IMG/VR virus record: IMGVR_UViG_3300028833_003520
Direction: 5' to 3' (one strand)
DNA: 64,000 nucleotides
Source of the DNA: a virus
Lineage: Duplodnaviria > Caudoviricetes
Part shown: positions 1 to 9,873 of the stretch, in pieces
Layout of the letters: each line of letters begins with the position of its first letter
Position numbering within the stretch: position 1 is the stretch's first letter
Notes under the pieces: model-generated
Database searches by the model: none
What the model saw: only the letters and a program-made list of their open reading frames with translations
Told to the model about the DNA's origin: nothing
Translations under genes and position numbers: made by a program

Positions 1-15
1 TTGAGAAATCTTAAG

Positions 16-58
16 AAAAAAAAGCCTACAATATCGTCGCAGACGGTATCATAGGCTT
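16..58 (-). terminator. Intrinsic terminator ending the minus-strand gene run
   Basis: AAGCCT..AGGCTT hairpin preceded on + by an A-run (U-tract on -). Confidence 0.6.
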
Positions 59-135
59 TAAGGCTTTGTTAGATAGAAGTCAAATTCCTTGTTTTATGCT
101 GTATGGGTGTAAACAACAAAACTTCTATAAACACT

Positions 136-519
136 TTAGTTCTTCTCTTCTTCTCTTCTGAGGTTATTGTCAACTACATCATCGAACCATCTACCGCCTA
201 TAGCAAATCGAGGGATAGTGATTTTCTGATAGTCGGTAATATCCTCTAACTTAATACAGGCGATTGTTAAATCGTCTGGATAAGCATTGTCTCCTGTGAG
301 ATGATACTTATCGTTCATCTGCTTGCCAGTGATTGTGTAGAGATTCTTGGGTTCATTCCAGGTGGCACCGTTATCGGTGAACCATTTGTCGAGGAATGTA
401 ATGTTCTCAGGTGTCATAGCGAAACCTTCGAAGGTTAAGGCAGAGCCAAGACCGTCGATGATTGTATCATCGCACGGGATAACTGTAGGTTTTACATAAG
501 TAACTTTAGATTTAGCCAT
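136..519 (-). CDS. Hypothetical protein
   Basis: ORF; start moved to MAKSK behind AAAGGAG RBS. Confidence 0.75.
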   Translation of the reverse strand: MAKSKVTYVKPTVIPCDDTIIDGLGSALTFEGFAMTPENITFLDKWFTDNGATWNEPKNLYTITGKQMNDKYHLTGDNAYPDDLTIACIKLEDITDYQKITIPRFAIGGRWFDDVVDNNLRREEEKN

Positions 520-536
520 AAGAATTACTCCTTTCT

Positions 537-773
537 TTAACGCAACGCAACGATGCAAAGGCAGTTTCCATCCACTGATACCGAACTGACGGTGAGTTCA
601 CAGATGGCAGACTTTTCTGTATGCAGATTGAAGAAATCGGCAACAGTTTCTCCTTCATCGTGCCATTCGTTGAATCTCATATTCGGATTTTCGGTATCAT
701 CGGGACATTCTACGCTGAGACTTACTTCAGACGGTTCATCAATGAACTGAGTGAGAAATTCGTAAAGAGTCAT
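537..773 (-). CDS. Small acidic hypothetical protein
   Basis: ORF with AAAGGA RBS, in operon context. Confidence 0.6.
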   Translation of the reverse strand: MTLYEFLTQFIDEPSEVSLSVECPDDTENPNMRFNEWHDEGETVADFFNLHTEKSAICELTVSSVSVDGNCLCIVALR

Positions 774-803
774 TAGTCATCATTTCCTTTCTTTTAGATT
801 GCA

Positions 804-1640
804 TTACTTGTTGAGATAGATGTCATTTTTAATTTCGTTTGTTAATAAGTTTCTTGTCTGCAATCTCATTAGCATTCCAACAGGGGCGTGTATCTGTATG
901 AAAAGCCCTTTGGTGGCGTTGCTACAAATCTTTACTGCAGCCTCAATAGCGTCTTTTGCTGTGAAGAAAACGTCATTATACCCGTCTTTGTTAATGTCAT
1001 ACCATTTGTTATCGTAGAACAATGAGTATGTGTATATGCAGAATTCTTCTGCTTTGACAAGTGTTGGAACATCTGCAAACACGCCTTCGTTATAATCAGA
1101 TTGTGTGTAGATACAGATGCGTTTTTCTTCATAGTTCTCTCGTATTAAGCAATATTTGTCGAAAATATCTTCAGCACGAGGTAACCTGACGATATGAGGT
1201 TCCTGTTCATAATGATGGAAGTGTGAGCCATAGAACATAACATCTGAACCGTCATCAAGATGAAGATGTGTATCATAATGCTTTTTGCTATCCAAAGCAG
1301 ACTTTGTATATTCAAAAGCAAAATTATATCTTCTTGAAGTTGCATCATACGGCACGGCTAAACGTCTTTCAGGGTTGTATGTGTTCTTTATATGAGAGAA
1401 CTTTTCTTCTAATTCGCTATCATATTTAGAACGCATCTCGTTGATATCAATATCAGCGAGGTCAATATCTTCTCTTGCATCGTCTTCTGAAAACGGAACG
1501 ATACCATTTGGCATACCAATCTCATTGTCTTTGTATGTTATAACATACGGTATGGGAAAGGGAGGCGTTGCAATGTCGTGCGGTGAGAATGACGAATGAG
1601 GCGATTCAATATTCTTAGATGTGAATGGATGCAGTGCCAT
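804..1640 (-). CDS. Hypothetical protein (278 aa)
   Basis: Long ORF, AAAGGAG RBS. Confidence 0.8.
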   Translation of the reverse strand: MALHPFTSKNIESPHSSFSPHDIATPPFPIPYVITYKDNEIGMPNGIVPFSEDDAREDIDLADIDINEMRSKYDSELEEKFSHIKNTYNPERRLAVPYDATSRRYNFAFEYTKSALDSKKHYDTHLHLDDGSDVMFYGSHFHHYEQEPHIVRLPRAEDIFDKYCLIRENYEEKRICIYTQSDYNEGVFADVPTLVKAEEFCIYTYSLFYDNKWYDINKDGYNDVFFTAKDAIEAAVKICSNATKGLFIQIHAPVGMLMRLQTRNLLTNEIKNDIYLNK

Positions 1641-1667
1641 AATAGTGACTCCTTTTTTATATTTGTT

Positions 1668-1991
1668 CTAATCGGAGAAGGTGCAGTAAGGATGCCATTT
1701 GTGGCTAAACCATCGTTCATACACAGTGTTGTCTTTGCCTAAAAGAAATCCTGAATTATGAAAGGCTTCTTTAAGAATTCTTTCTCGCTCTTTTATGTCA
1801 TAATATTGAGCGTGAGTGACTTCTTTGAAGGCAAAGAGTTCTTTGGTTTCACCGTATTTAATGGCGTTGATGACCATTCCATATCGAGACATCCATACAA
1901 CTTGTAATTTACCAATGTTCCTGTAACGACGGTGAAAGATAGAAGTCAGTATATTTCTTACTGGCTTAGCCTTGTATGTTGTTATATACAT
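1668..1991 (-). CDS. Hypothetical protein
   Basis: ORF; likely start MYITTY behind GAGG. Confidence 0.65.
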   Translation of the reverse strand: MYITTYKAKPVRNILTSIFHRRYRNIGKLQVVWMSRYGMVINAIKYGETKELFAFKEVTHAQYYDIKERERILKEAFHNSGFLLGKDNTVYERWFSHKWHPYCTFSD

Positions 1992-1995
1992 AGGC

Positions 1996-2565
1996 TCAAT
2001 CCTCACTTTTAGCGATATTGTAGTTACCGATAGGTGTAACAAGAACCGTTTCGTTTACATAAATTGGACCACACCAATTTCTACGAAATTCGACGTGAGG
2101 TTCTGTATCGCCTTCGGCTCCGATTGCTATTGCCATATTGCCGTCAAGTGTTAAGTCGTGACGCTTGTGGGTTACAGGTTCAACATAATAATAGATTTTA
2201 TGTGTTTCTGCACTATAAAATGGTGTAAGTTCAGGATTACCATCATCATCGTTTCCTGTTTTTATGTAGCCATCAAGACGTGTACTTTCACCTTCTATGT
2301 AGTAAACAGGCGATGTGTCTGTTACTGTGTATTTTGTGGGTGTGAACTTGTGAACCTGTGCAAATCCAAAGAATATGCAGACGAAGGAAGCAGCAAATAT
2401 GATACCGCTAATAAGTGCTTTGCAAATAGCCTTTGGTTTGCGTTTAATGTAATCCTTATCATCTTCTTCTTCAGACTGAGAGATATCAATAGCAAGAATA
2501 GCCGTTGAAATTAAAGTGGCAATAGCCACTGGTAAAAAGATTGTGTTCCATAACCATACTGGCAT
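1996..2565 (-). CDS. Membrane protein (2 TM) of unknown function
   Basis: Two hydrophobic segments, AAAGGAG RBS. Confidence 0.75.
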   Translation of the reverse strand: MPVWLWNTIFLPVAIATLISTAILAIDISQSEEEDDKDYIKRKPKAICKALISGIIFAASFVCIFFGFAQVHKFTPTKYTVTDTSPVYYIEGESTRLDGYIKTGNDDDGNPELTPFYSAETHKIYYYVEPVTHKRHDLTLDGNMAIAIGAEGDTEPHVEFRRNWCGPIYVNETVLVTPIGNYNIAKSED

Positions 2566-2594
2566 AGTGTTATACTCCTTTTGATGTTTTAGTG

Positions 2595-3011
2595 TTATGC
2601 GTCAGGATATTTAGCCTTGAGATAAGCAAGTTGAGCCAACTCTGCTTTCTCGTTGGCTTTAGCCTTTTCTTCTGCTAATTTCTGACGCTCTTTTTCTCTG
2701 ATTTCTGCCAATTCTGCTTTGTAGGCTCTGACTTTTTCTTCTAACTGGTCATCATCAGTGAATAACCAGTTGATAGGGAAGGTGATTTCACCGCCTTCAT
2801 CATAGCATTCGACAATCTGAATGTAGCCAAGAGGAACTGCTGATGGTTCGTCTTTGTGCGTGTAAAACTTATCGCCACTAAAGCCATTGGGTGCTATCTC
2901 ATACTTGTGAAGTATTTCGTTGGCTCTATCAAGATACTTGTGAACAGTATTGATAGCATTTTCAAGATTGTTGGGTGTGGAATTCATTTGAGGATAGTTA
3001 TTTGTTGACAT
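2595..3011 (-). CDS. Hypothetical protein, C-terminal coiled coil
   Basis: ORF, GAGGT RBS. Confidence 0.75.
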   Translation of the reverse strand: MSTNNYPQMNSTPNNLENAINTVHKYLDRANEILHKYEIAPNGFSGDKFYTHKDEPSAVPLGYIQIVECYDEGGEITFPINWLFTDDDQLEEKVRAYKAELAEIREKERQKLAEEKAKANEKAELAQLAYLKAKYPDA

Positions 3012-3123
3012 AAGCCTTACCTCTTTCTAATTCTTTGCTGAAGCAGAATCCGATGATTAGCCCTATGAACATTCCTAATCCAAGGAATTCTGCACCGATA
3101 ATTGCGAGACTATATGGTGACAT
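2998..3123 (-). CDS. Small membrane peptide (41 aa, MSPYSLAIIG...)
   Basis: Not in ORF track; AAAGGAG RBS, one TM segment. Confidence 0.55.
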   Translation of the reverse strand: MSPYSLAIIGAEFLGLGMFIGLIIGFCFSKELERGKAYVNK

Positions 3124-3140
3124 AAGAATTACTCCTTTCT

Positions 3141-3602
3141 TTAATCGCCGTTAAATCCTGCACCGTACCAGTAATCATACTTGCATTCCCAGACATCACC
3201 TTCAGGTGTTGTCATCTTGGCATAATAGGGCTTATTTCCTTCGAAATAGAATTTGTAACCCTTGTATTCGAAGTGGATGTTGTAATCGAAGAAGTCTGTG
3301 CTTTCATCACAATATTCGATTTCCTTAAAGCCGTCTTCAGTGGCTTCAAGAATACGAGGTCTGCCCTGCTTATGACATTCAACACGAATGTTGCCATCAC
3401 CAAGAATGCCGTGATGGATGCTGATGTTGTTACCTGTATTTTTCTGCTGAAGAAGATTTACCCAAAGTCTGGCACCACTCGGCAAATTTGCTGAGTCAGT
3501 TCCGAAGGTTTCTTCATCAGTTGCAAATGTAGCAACATCTTCCTTATCTGTTCGTCTGTTGCCATTAAGCCAGACAAATGCTCCATAATCACTGTATGCC
3601 AT
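3141..3602 (-). CDS. Hypothetical phage/plasmid-type protein
   Basis: ORF, AAAGGAG RBS. Confidence 0.8.
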   Translation of the reverse strand: MAYSDYGAFVWLNGNRRTDKEDVATFATDEETFGTDSANLPSGARLWVNLLQQKNTGNNISIHHGILGDGNIRVECHKQGRPRILEATEDGFKEIEYCDESTDFFDYNIHFEYKGYKFYFEGNKPYYAKMTTPEGDVWECKYDYWYGAGFNGD

Positions 3603-3608
3603 TTTTGT

Positions 3609-3932
3609 TTACTCCTTTAATTCTGATATGGGATAGTAGTTTTTGTCACTCATAAGAAGTGACAAGCCTATGAAAATGCCGCCGTTTCTTGCAAGTTCAA
3701 TTTCAGTAGCGTTGTATGATATTGATGCATAATTTCTTCGAAATGTTTTTGGAGATAAGCCTTCGGCTTCACACAAACGATTGGCTTCAGCGAGTGAAGT
3801 AGCACCGCAGATGATACGAACTTGGTTGCTGTGTTCTGATAAACCTCGCTTGCGAGCATTTTCGAGCATTTTTCCGTAAAGAAAGGTGTTTGTTCCGTAG
3901 ATTTTAATCGTCTTTGCCATCAGGCATTTCAC
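3609..3932 (-). CDS. Hypothetical protein
   Basis: ORF in operon; true start may be MAKTI (3920). Confidence 0.7.
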   Translation of the reverse strand: MKCLMAKTIKIYGTNTFLYGKMLENARKRGLSEHSNQVRIICGATSLAEANRLCEAEGLSPKTFRRNYASISYNATEIELARNGGIFIGLSLLMSDKNYYPISELKE

Positions 3933-3941
3933 CTCTTTCTT

Positions 3942-4238
3942 TTAGGATGCTGTATTTTCTTGTTTCTTTGCTTCATAACGGTCACATATTTCTTCAGCAA
4001 TTGCGTAGCACATAAGTCCGACTGAAAGCGGTAAGGCGACGACGGCTGCTATAATGATGATAAATCCAAGGATTTGCATAACTAAATCTCCAAGGCTCAT
4101 ACCCATTGTGTTTGCAAGGTAGTCAAGACCAAAAACAATGCCAAAGATAGAGCCTATGATAGTGACAAAAGCAAAGAACAGAAGTAATGAAACTATAATG
4201 CGTCTTATTTTCTGTTTGCGAGTTAATGTTTTACTCAT
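3942..4238 (-). CDS. Small membrane protein (2 TM)
   Basis: Hydrophobic ORF, AAAGGAG RBS. Confidence 0.75.
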   Translation of the reverse strand: MSKTLTRKQKIRRIIVSLLLFFAFVTIIGSIFGIVFGLDYLANTMGMSLGDLVMQILGFIIIIAAVVALPLSVGLMCYAIAEEICDRYEAKKQENTAS

Positions 4239-4243
4239 ATTGA

Positions 4244-4342
4244 TTATCGCTCCTTTCTGTTCAAAGAACTCTTGGGCGATACTAAATAGTAGGTGATAAG
4301 GCTACCCATAATGTAGCCGATAATTGTAGCAATGATGTTCAT
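4244..4342 (-). CDS. Small membrane peptide (32 aa, MNIIATIIG...)
   Basis: Not in ORF track; AAAGGAG RBS, fills the gap exactly. Confidence 0.55.
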   Translation of the reverse strand: MNIIATIIGYIMGSLITYYLVSPKSSLNRKER

Positions 4343-4355
4343 AATTATGTCTCCT

Positions 4356-4694
4356 TTAAGGTCTGTAAACTACCTGCATTGTTTTGAACCAAGGAAGGCT
4401 CAAAAGGTCGTCAATGGTGATGAATATATTCTCAACATTGGCAAAGTCATACAGGCTTTCTCCGTGATATCCTTTGTAAAATGGGATATATGTATGATTT
4501 GAATTTTTGAGTTCTTCCTCAGTATATCTTTCACATCGGTCTAAACCTGTTGTGTAGCCTCCGAAGGAACGCTTTTCGTTATCTTCGGTAAGGTTACCCC
4601 AAAACAATAAGCAGCCTGGAAATAGACCTTTATGTTTGAAACAAAGGATGACATACTTTCTTTCAGGGTTGATTTTATTAGGTATAATATCCAT
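4356..4694 (-). CDS. Hypothetical protein
   Basis: ORF in operon. Confidence 0.75.
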   Translation of the reverse strand: MDIIPNKINPERKYVILCFKHKGLFPGCLLFWGNLTEDNEKRSFGGYTTGLDRCERYTEEELKNSNHTYIPFYKGYHGESLYDFANVENIFITIDDLLSLPWFKTMQVVYRP

Positions 4695-4696
4695 AG

Positions 4697-5344
4697 TTAT
4701 TTCTCCTCTGAAGGTCTTTCTTCGTATTCACAGGGTTCTTTGAAACTCTTTGTGCAAGTTTCAGTTGGAGCATCTGCGATTGCGGAATGGACGGTGTTGC
4801 AATTCTTACAAGTTTTGCACTTACCTGATTCTTTCATTTCTACCCTTTTACAGAAGTCTTGTATGTATATGTCAGGCACAATATCATCAAGAGTAGATTC
4901 ACTGTTCATTGCAGCAAGACAGAATGGGCAATGGTCATAGTCGTCGAACCTCTTCATTGAATACGAAGTATTGATAATACGACCACAGTTTGTGCATTCA
5001 AACTGCTCAGTATAGCCTCTGCAGTCAGGATTTACAGGTTTCCAAGAACCTGTAGCAACTGATATAGGCGTGAGTTTCATAGGGTGTTTAGACACCTGAA
5101 TTTCATCGCCTGTGTACTTGTGTCGATAGATGACGGCATCTGTCGTTTCAGTGTCGTATTTGTAGTCTTTTGGAATATCAAGAGATATTGTCTGAATGAA
5201 AGTGTTCTCAAGAGTTCCTTCTATTTCAATCATAGGGCAATTCATTGACCTTTGATTGGTGATGGTTAAATCACAGAAGGAACACTTTTGATTAAGAGGA
5301 CACGCTTGACAATTCTCTGGTGTGGGAATGTTAAGTAATAACAT
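4697..5344 (-). CDS. Cys-rich zinc-ribbon protein (phage-type)
   Basis: Multiple CxxC motifs (CQAC, CTNC, CPFC, CKTCKNC). Confidence 0.75.
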   Translation of the reverse strand: MLLLNIPTPENCQACPLNQKCSFCDLTITNQRSMNCPMIEIEGTLENTFIQTISLDIPKDYKYDTETTDAVIYRHKYTGDEIQVSKHPMKLTPISVATGSWKPVNPDCRGYTEQFECTNCGRIINTSYSMKRFDDYDHCPFCLAAMNSESTLDDIVPDIYIQDFCKRVEMKESGKCKTCKNCNTVHSAIADAPTETCTKSFKEPCEYEERPSEEK

Positions 5345-5359
5345 TTGTAGTTCTCCTCA

Positions 5360-5755
5360 TTAGGTTGTGAATGTTTTATCTCCGATACGAAGTTCGTCGT
5401 GGAAAATACGAACAATACCACAATCGTTGATTGGGTCTTTTTCAATGACTTGAAGATTTTGTTTGCCATAAACTCGATGATGCTTCTTGTAGATACTTTT
5501 TGCTTCATCTTCGTTGTGTGCTCTGATGTATTCAGGCTCTTCAGAATAATACTGAATGAAGCCATCAAACTTGGGTTTGGCTACCCAATATAGTTTGATG
5601 TCCTGCGGTTCATTACCCTTCATTTGGATAAGAGGACAATGTTCTGCTATTTTGCTGAAATCTTCGATGAGTTCTTCATTCACTCTGCAGTCAATTCTTG
5701 AAGCGAATCTGCATTCTGCACAGCATTTGGGCATTGCTATATCAATTCCGACCAT
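5360..5755 (-). CDS. Cys-rich hypothetical protein, N-terminus similar to that of 4697-5344
   Basis: MPKCCAEC...HCPLIQ resembles PENCQAC...NCPMIE. Confidence 0.7.
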   Translation of the reverse strand: MVGIDIAMPKCCAECRFASRIDCRVNEELIEDFSKIAEHCPLIQMKGNEPQDIKLYWVAKPKFDGFIQYYSEEPEYIRAHNEDEAKSIYKKHHRVYGKQNLQVIEKDPINDCGIVRIFHDELRIGDKTFTT

Positions 5756-5760
5756 AATAG

Positions 5761-5901
5761 TTACTCCTTTTTGGGTGGTGTTTTGTCAGGACAGTCTTTG
5801 ACATATTCAATGGTAATGGCTGACCAATTGTGCATCTTGCAATTAGCGAGATTTTTCTCGCAATCTGTGTTTTTACAACTGCTGAACATACAATAAGCCA
5901 T
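5761..5901 (-). CDS. Small Cys-rich peptide (46 aa, MAYCMFSSC...)
   Basis: Not in ORF track; GAGG RBS, stop overlaps next RBS. Confidence 0.5.
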   Translation of the reverse strand: MAYCMFSSCKNTDCEKNLANCKMHNWSAITIEYVKDCPDKTPPKKE

Positions 5902-5913
5902 AAGCATTACCTC

Positions 5914-6483
5914 TTAATCCGTAAAGCCTTCATCAAGATTGAATATCTTGAATGGATAGGGCTTATCCTTATCTGTAAGAATTGAAGGGTCAAAGAGAGT
6001 CTGAATTATCTTGGATTCAAGTGAGAAATTGCTTGTTATAACAATAGAAACATTGTTTGGTATAGCAACAATAAGGTCACCGATTTCGATGGTGCGAGTT
6101 GTAGCAAGTTCGATTGCTTTCTGTATGAATCTTCTTCTGACACAGGTGTAATCAATGTCGTCGAACAATAAGACATATCGCTTGTTAGGGTTTTCTTTTG
6201 TCTTCTTAAGAAGGTCGATTTCGAAGAGACCGCTATTAAGAGAAGCCATATCCTTATAAATTGTTTCGTAGCCAAATTCGTTACAGATGGACTGAATAGT
6301 GAAAGTCTTGCCGTTACCAGGCGTACCGATTATGAAAATAGGTGTTTCAGGGTTGTTTGCAAGGCTTGCAGCCATCTTTATTGAGATTTCGTTCATTGTT
6401 TTAAGTCTTGTCATAATCTCAAAAGCGTGCTCACGCACATACGTCTTGCGATTACAACCGAGAGCCGTTGCTAAATTAGCCAT
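5914..6483 (-). CDS. AAA+ ATPase (MoxR/AAA_5-like, short)
   Basis: Walker A GTPGNGKT, Walker B LLFDD, sensor-1-like IVITSN. Confidence 0.8.
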   Translation of the reverse strand: MANLATALGCNRKTYVREHAFEIMTRLKTMNEISIKMAASLANNPETPIFIIGTPGNGKTFTIQSICNEFGYETIYKDMASLNSGLFEIDLLKKTKENPNKRYVLLFDDIDYTCVRRRFIQKAIELATTRTIEIGDLIVAIPNNVSIVITSNFSLESKIIQTLFDPSILTDKDKPYPFKIFNLDEGFTD

Positions 6484-6486
6484 AGG

Positions 6487-6690
6487 TTATTCTCCTTTAG
6501 GTGATGAAAAGTCAGAGGCAATTTGTTCCTTGACTTTGGAGCAGATGTCTGCATCTCGCCCTGAGCAGTGGAACTGTTCAATAGCACTTTTTTCGCAATA
6601 GTCGCAAAAGTGTGTTATGGTGTAAACAGCATCTTTATTGGTTTCAATAGTGATAGGCTTAGTGAAAGAAGACTGGTATGTTTTGGACAT
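6487..6690 (-). CDS. Small Cys-containing protein
   Basis: Start MSKTYQ behind AAAGGAG. Confidence 0.65.
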   Translation of the reverse strand: MSKTYQSSFTKPITIETNKDAVYTITHFCDYCEKSAIEQFHCSGRDADICSKVKEQIASDFSSPKGE

Positions 6691-6703
6691 ATTAAGACTC
6701 CTT

Positions 6704-6988
6704 TCACTGAATGATACCAAGTTCACGAAGAACGGTCTTGATACGAGTTCTCGCATCAAGTTCTTTTTCAAAAGCAGTAATGAAAGGAGAAAGAAAGTCT
6801 TCTCTATACGAGTCACGCTTGATGTAATTGAGAGTGTTTTTAATGTGGTCAGTGCTCATCTCGCAGATTTTGAGTTTCTGACCATCTTTAGTTGTCCAGA
6901 TGCCGCTTGCGGCAGCGGATTCAACTGACGCTTCCATTACAGCATAGTTTATTTCCATTTCTTCTGCGAGTTCTGAGCCATAAGACAT
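6704..6988 (-). CDS. Phage-type hypothetical protein (WTTKDG..MSTDHIKN)
   Basis: ORF, GGAGAG RBS. Confidence 0.75.
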   Translation of the reverse strand: MSYGSELAEEMEINYAVMEASVESAAASGIWTTKDGQKLKICEMSTDHIKNTLNYIKRDSYREDFLSPFITAFEKELDARTRIKTVLRELGIIQ

Positions 6989-6991
6989 AAG

Positions 6992-7360
6992 TTACTCTCC
7001 TTTCTTTATGGATGCGATGAGTTCTTCTGCAGAAGGCATTAGTGATATATCAGTAATGACTTCGGATGGAATAAGTGCATATCGCCAATAACATCTGTGC
7101 TCTTTCGATTCTTCGACAAGATGTGCATAGACATCTTCAGCACAGTTGTCGTAATAAGCGAGATGCCAAGGTGCATCGTCAGCACCTCTGTCTTTGACAT
7201 AAATCAAAGCAATATTTTCTTGCTCTGAATTGATAGTGTTAGGTAGGATTACGCCAGGTTTTAGAATTATATCTCGGTAGTCATAATCCCAACCGCCACA
7301 CTCTGTTCTTTTCCATTCACTGAATTCTGATTCAGGTGATACGAATGTGGTTGCAGTCAT
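6992..7360 (-). CDS. Hypothetical protein
   Basis: ORF, AAGGAG RBS. Confidence 0.75.
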   Translation of the reverse strand: MTATTFVSPESEFSEWKRTECGGWDYDYRDIILKPGVILPNTINSEQENIALIYVKDRGADDAPWHLAYYDNCAEDVYAHLVEESKEHRCYWRYALIPSEVITDISLMPSAEELIASIKKGE

Positions 7361-7382
7361 AAGTATTGCTCCTTATTAAGTT

Positions 7383-7562
7383 TTAGCATTTGCCGAGTTT
7401 CTGGTTCACAAGCATTGTTTCAACGGTGTTGTAGGCTTCTTTGAGTTTTGGGCAAGTGCCCATATAATCACATTGCCTGCAGTCAGCAGCCCAATTACAG
7501 TCGTTTTCACCTCTTTGGTGAGATACGAAATTCATACCTTCAAGGATTTCAGGACGATACAT
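7383..7562 (-). CDS. Small Cys-rich protein (59 aa, MYRPEILEG...)
   Basis: Not in ORF track; fills gap; CxxC motif. Confidence 0.55.
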   Translation of the reverse strand: MYRPEILEGMNFVSHQRGENDCNWAADCRQCDYMGTCPKLKEAYNTVETMLVNQKLGKC

Positions 7563-7567
7563 AGTGG

Positions 7568-7852
7568 TTACTTTTTTTTCTCATAATGTGGAACATAGGT
7601 TTCCCACAATATTTCATTCATCCAGTCCCAAAATTCTTTAGTACAAGTACAAGGTTCTGAGATAGAGAACGTGATTTTTCCTTCGTCTCGCCACTGTTGT
7701 AAGATTGTTCTTTCTTCAGCATCAATTTTGCCTGCATTGAGCCTGCTTTCATTCATAAGCAAATACTGAAAATAAGGAAGCAATCTTAACTGCTTCAGCG
7801 TGATGTTATACTTTTCCTTTATTTCATCGGTTAAACAACCTCTATTACGCAT
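7568..7852 (-). CDS. Phage-type hypothetical protein
   Basis: Start MRNRG behind AAAGGAG. Confidence 0.75.
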   Translation of the reverse strand: MRNRGCLTDEIKEKYNITLKQLRLLPYFQYLLMNESRLNAGKIDAEERTILQQWRDEGKITFSISEPCTCTKEFWDWMNEILWETYVPHYEKKK

Positions 7853-7853
7853 T

Positions 7854-8117
7854 TTATATCTCCTTTGTAGCGGAATAGTGTTTCTTTTCAATGTGGTGCA
7901 AACGAATACTCTGTATGACGTAAACACCCAATAGTATTACGCCAACAATGAGTAATGTTGCATCGAAAGGGAAGAAACTTGCTAAAATAATTGTCACTGA
8001 CACTACTGAAAGTAGCGTATGCATCATCTTCCCCATTGCTGAATCTGGAGCAATCAGATAGATTAAGGGGCAGATAACAAGCGATGCAATGATTAAGTTG
8101 AGTACGATTATACCCAT
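7854..8117 (-). CDS. Small membrane protein (3 TM)
   Basis: Start MGIIV behind GAGGAG. Confidence 0.7.
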   Translation of the reverse strand: MGIIVLNLIIASLVICPLIYLIAPDSAMGKMMHTLLSVVSVTIILASFFPFDATLLIVGVILLGVYVIQSIRLHHIEKKHYSATKEI

Positions 8118-8127
8118 AATAAACTCC

Positions 8128-8718
8128 TCACTTTTCGTCATCTTCGAAGGCAAGAGGCTTGCACTTTTTGCCATTATATTTACAACCGTAAATTGGTGTG
8201 TAAGACTCGATGCCATTTTCGATTTTGTGGTCAACACGCTTGATTTCGCATCTTTGACACCATTGACAATTCGACGGTTCGATAGTGCCATCGTGTTCCA
8301 TTGGCATAGGGGCTTCGCCCATACGGCAAGCCCACCAATCGTGTTCACGCTTTTTGTTTGCTTCATCATAATATGATGTGCAGAACTCTTTGAACGCTTC
8401 TATAGTGTCAAAACGATGTTCATTGAAGGTTGCCAGACAATGATTGTCAAGGTCATCACCGCCCTCTTCGTATTCAATGTGCCACTCTTTATGAAGCCTA
8501 TTGAGTTCCTCAAGGACATCATAGAGTGGCTGTGAATGTTCGCAATAAATGCGAGACATAGGAGCATCGGCAAGACCGACTATTAAGTTGCCGTTGTGCT
8601 TGACAAGTCTTTTGGCTAACTTCTCATCCTTATCATCGTGAATGTAGAGATGAAAACAACCAAGATGACAAAGCCAAAAAGGTCTAATGCGTTTAGAGTT
8701 AGGCTTCTTTTTGAACAT
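8128..8718 (-). CDS. Hypothetical Cys/His-rich protein
   Basis: ORF, translationally coupled to upstream gene. Confidence 0.75.
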   Translation of the reverse strand: MFKKKPNSKRIRPFWLCHLGCFHLYIHDDKDEKLAKRLVKHNGNLIVGLADAPMSRIYCEHSQPLYDVLEELNRLHKEWHIEYEEGGDDLDNHCLATFNEHRFDTIEAFKEFCTSYYDEANKKREHDWWACRMGEAPMPMEHDGTIEPSNCQWCQRCEIKRVDHKIENGIESYTPIYGCKYNGKKCKPLAFEDDEK

Positions 8719-9197
8719 TATAGTTTCTCCTTATAAACGAGGTCTTCTTTGAGAAGAGTGAAAAACTTCTTCAAATCATCGAGGTCTAAATCTTGATTGC
8801 TGCAGGTATTGCAGCGACCGACGTGTTTGTAGAAGGTAATGATGGTGCAAGACTTCTTGTGGATGAAATAGAATGTATCTTCGTCCCAAGCAAGTATGAA
8901 GTCATCAAGATAAGGACTTTCCTGACACAAAGAAAAGACACTATCTGTTTCCTCAGCCGTAAATACTTCGTTCCAAACTTTTGTGAAAGATTCTCTTTCA
9001 AAGATGTATTCAGGTGGGAAACTGAGTTTTGTATGATTTTTGTCTCTTTGGTCACGCTTCTCAAACTTGCCGATAATGTCGAGACAATGCTGATAGCACT
9101 GGTATCTGATGCCAGATTCTTTGTCTTTTCGAAGACAATGTTTCTGCATCAATTCTTTGAGGTCGTCCTTGATGGCTTTAACATATTTTGGTTGCAT
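8718..9197 (-). CDS. Hypothetical protein
   Basis: ORF, AAAGGAG RBS. Confidence 0.75.
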   Translation of the reverse strand: MQPKYVKAIKDDLKELMQKHCLRKDKESGIRYQCYQHCLDIIGKFEKRDQRDKNHTKLSFPPEYIFERESFTKVWNEVFTAEETDSVFSLCQESPYLDDFILAWDEDTFYFIHKKSCTIITFYKHVGRCNTCSNQDLDLDDLKKFFTLLKEDLVYKEKL

Positions 9198-9225
9198 AGT
9201 AGTTACTCCTTTTCTGATAGTCGGA

Positions 9226-9858
9226 TTAGCCTTGTCTGAAGTTACATCTTATAGCGAACTTGTCGTCGTTAAAGTGTTTAATACAGGCTTTAATCCAATC
9301 AGGCTTGAAATTTTCTGTAACTTTACGACCATAATCATCTTCGAAGATTTGGTCATAAAATAGCAATGGTGGATGTTTGGTTGTTACGTTTTGGTTGGGA
9401 TAACTAAACCCATAGTCCGTAAGGACAATGCTGATTTCGTTAAGGCGTATATCAGATTCGTTGATATAATTCCAAATCATTTCTATATCTGTACCACCAT
9501 CAACCATAGGTCTTTGTCTTGCTTGTGTTAAAGCCGAATTGACGGTTCTATCGGCAACTCGGATTTTGTATGTCGGTCCAAGCAGATGAGAAAATGATGT
9601 GATATAAAGGTCACAGTCCAAAGTTTTTGCGATACAGATGTATTTAGCAACCATAAACCAAATCAGATTTCTGTCTAATACAGAACCAGATGAATCGAGA
9701 TACAGATGGATAGGCTGATTTGCGTACTTTGGGATGTAGTTCTTAACACCTTTCACCCAACAAAACTCTGTAAGAGGAATTGTTGTAGGTAAAAGCATAT
9801 CTTTGATTAGACGCTTGATTTCGTTAGGCTCAAGCCATTCCTGATGTTCTCTGTTCAT
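9226..9858 (-). CDS. VWA-domain protein
   Basis: MIDAS DSSGS, GGTD and VLTD motifs. Confidence 0.8.
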   Translation of the reverse strand: MNREHQEWLEPNEIKRLIKDMLLPTTIPLTEFCWVKGVKNYIPKYANQPIHLYLDSSGSVLDRNLIWFMVAKYICIAKTLDCDLYITSFSHLLGPTYKIRVADRTVNSALTQARQRPMVDGGTDIEMIWNYINESDIRLNEISIVLTDYGFSYPNQNVTTKHPPLLFYDQIFEDDYGRKVTENFKPDWIKACIKHFNDDKFAIRCNFRQG

Positions 9859-9873
9859 AGTAGTTACTCCTTT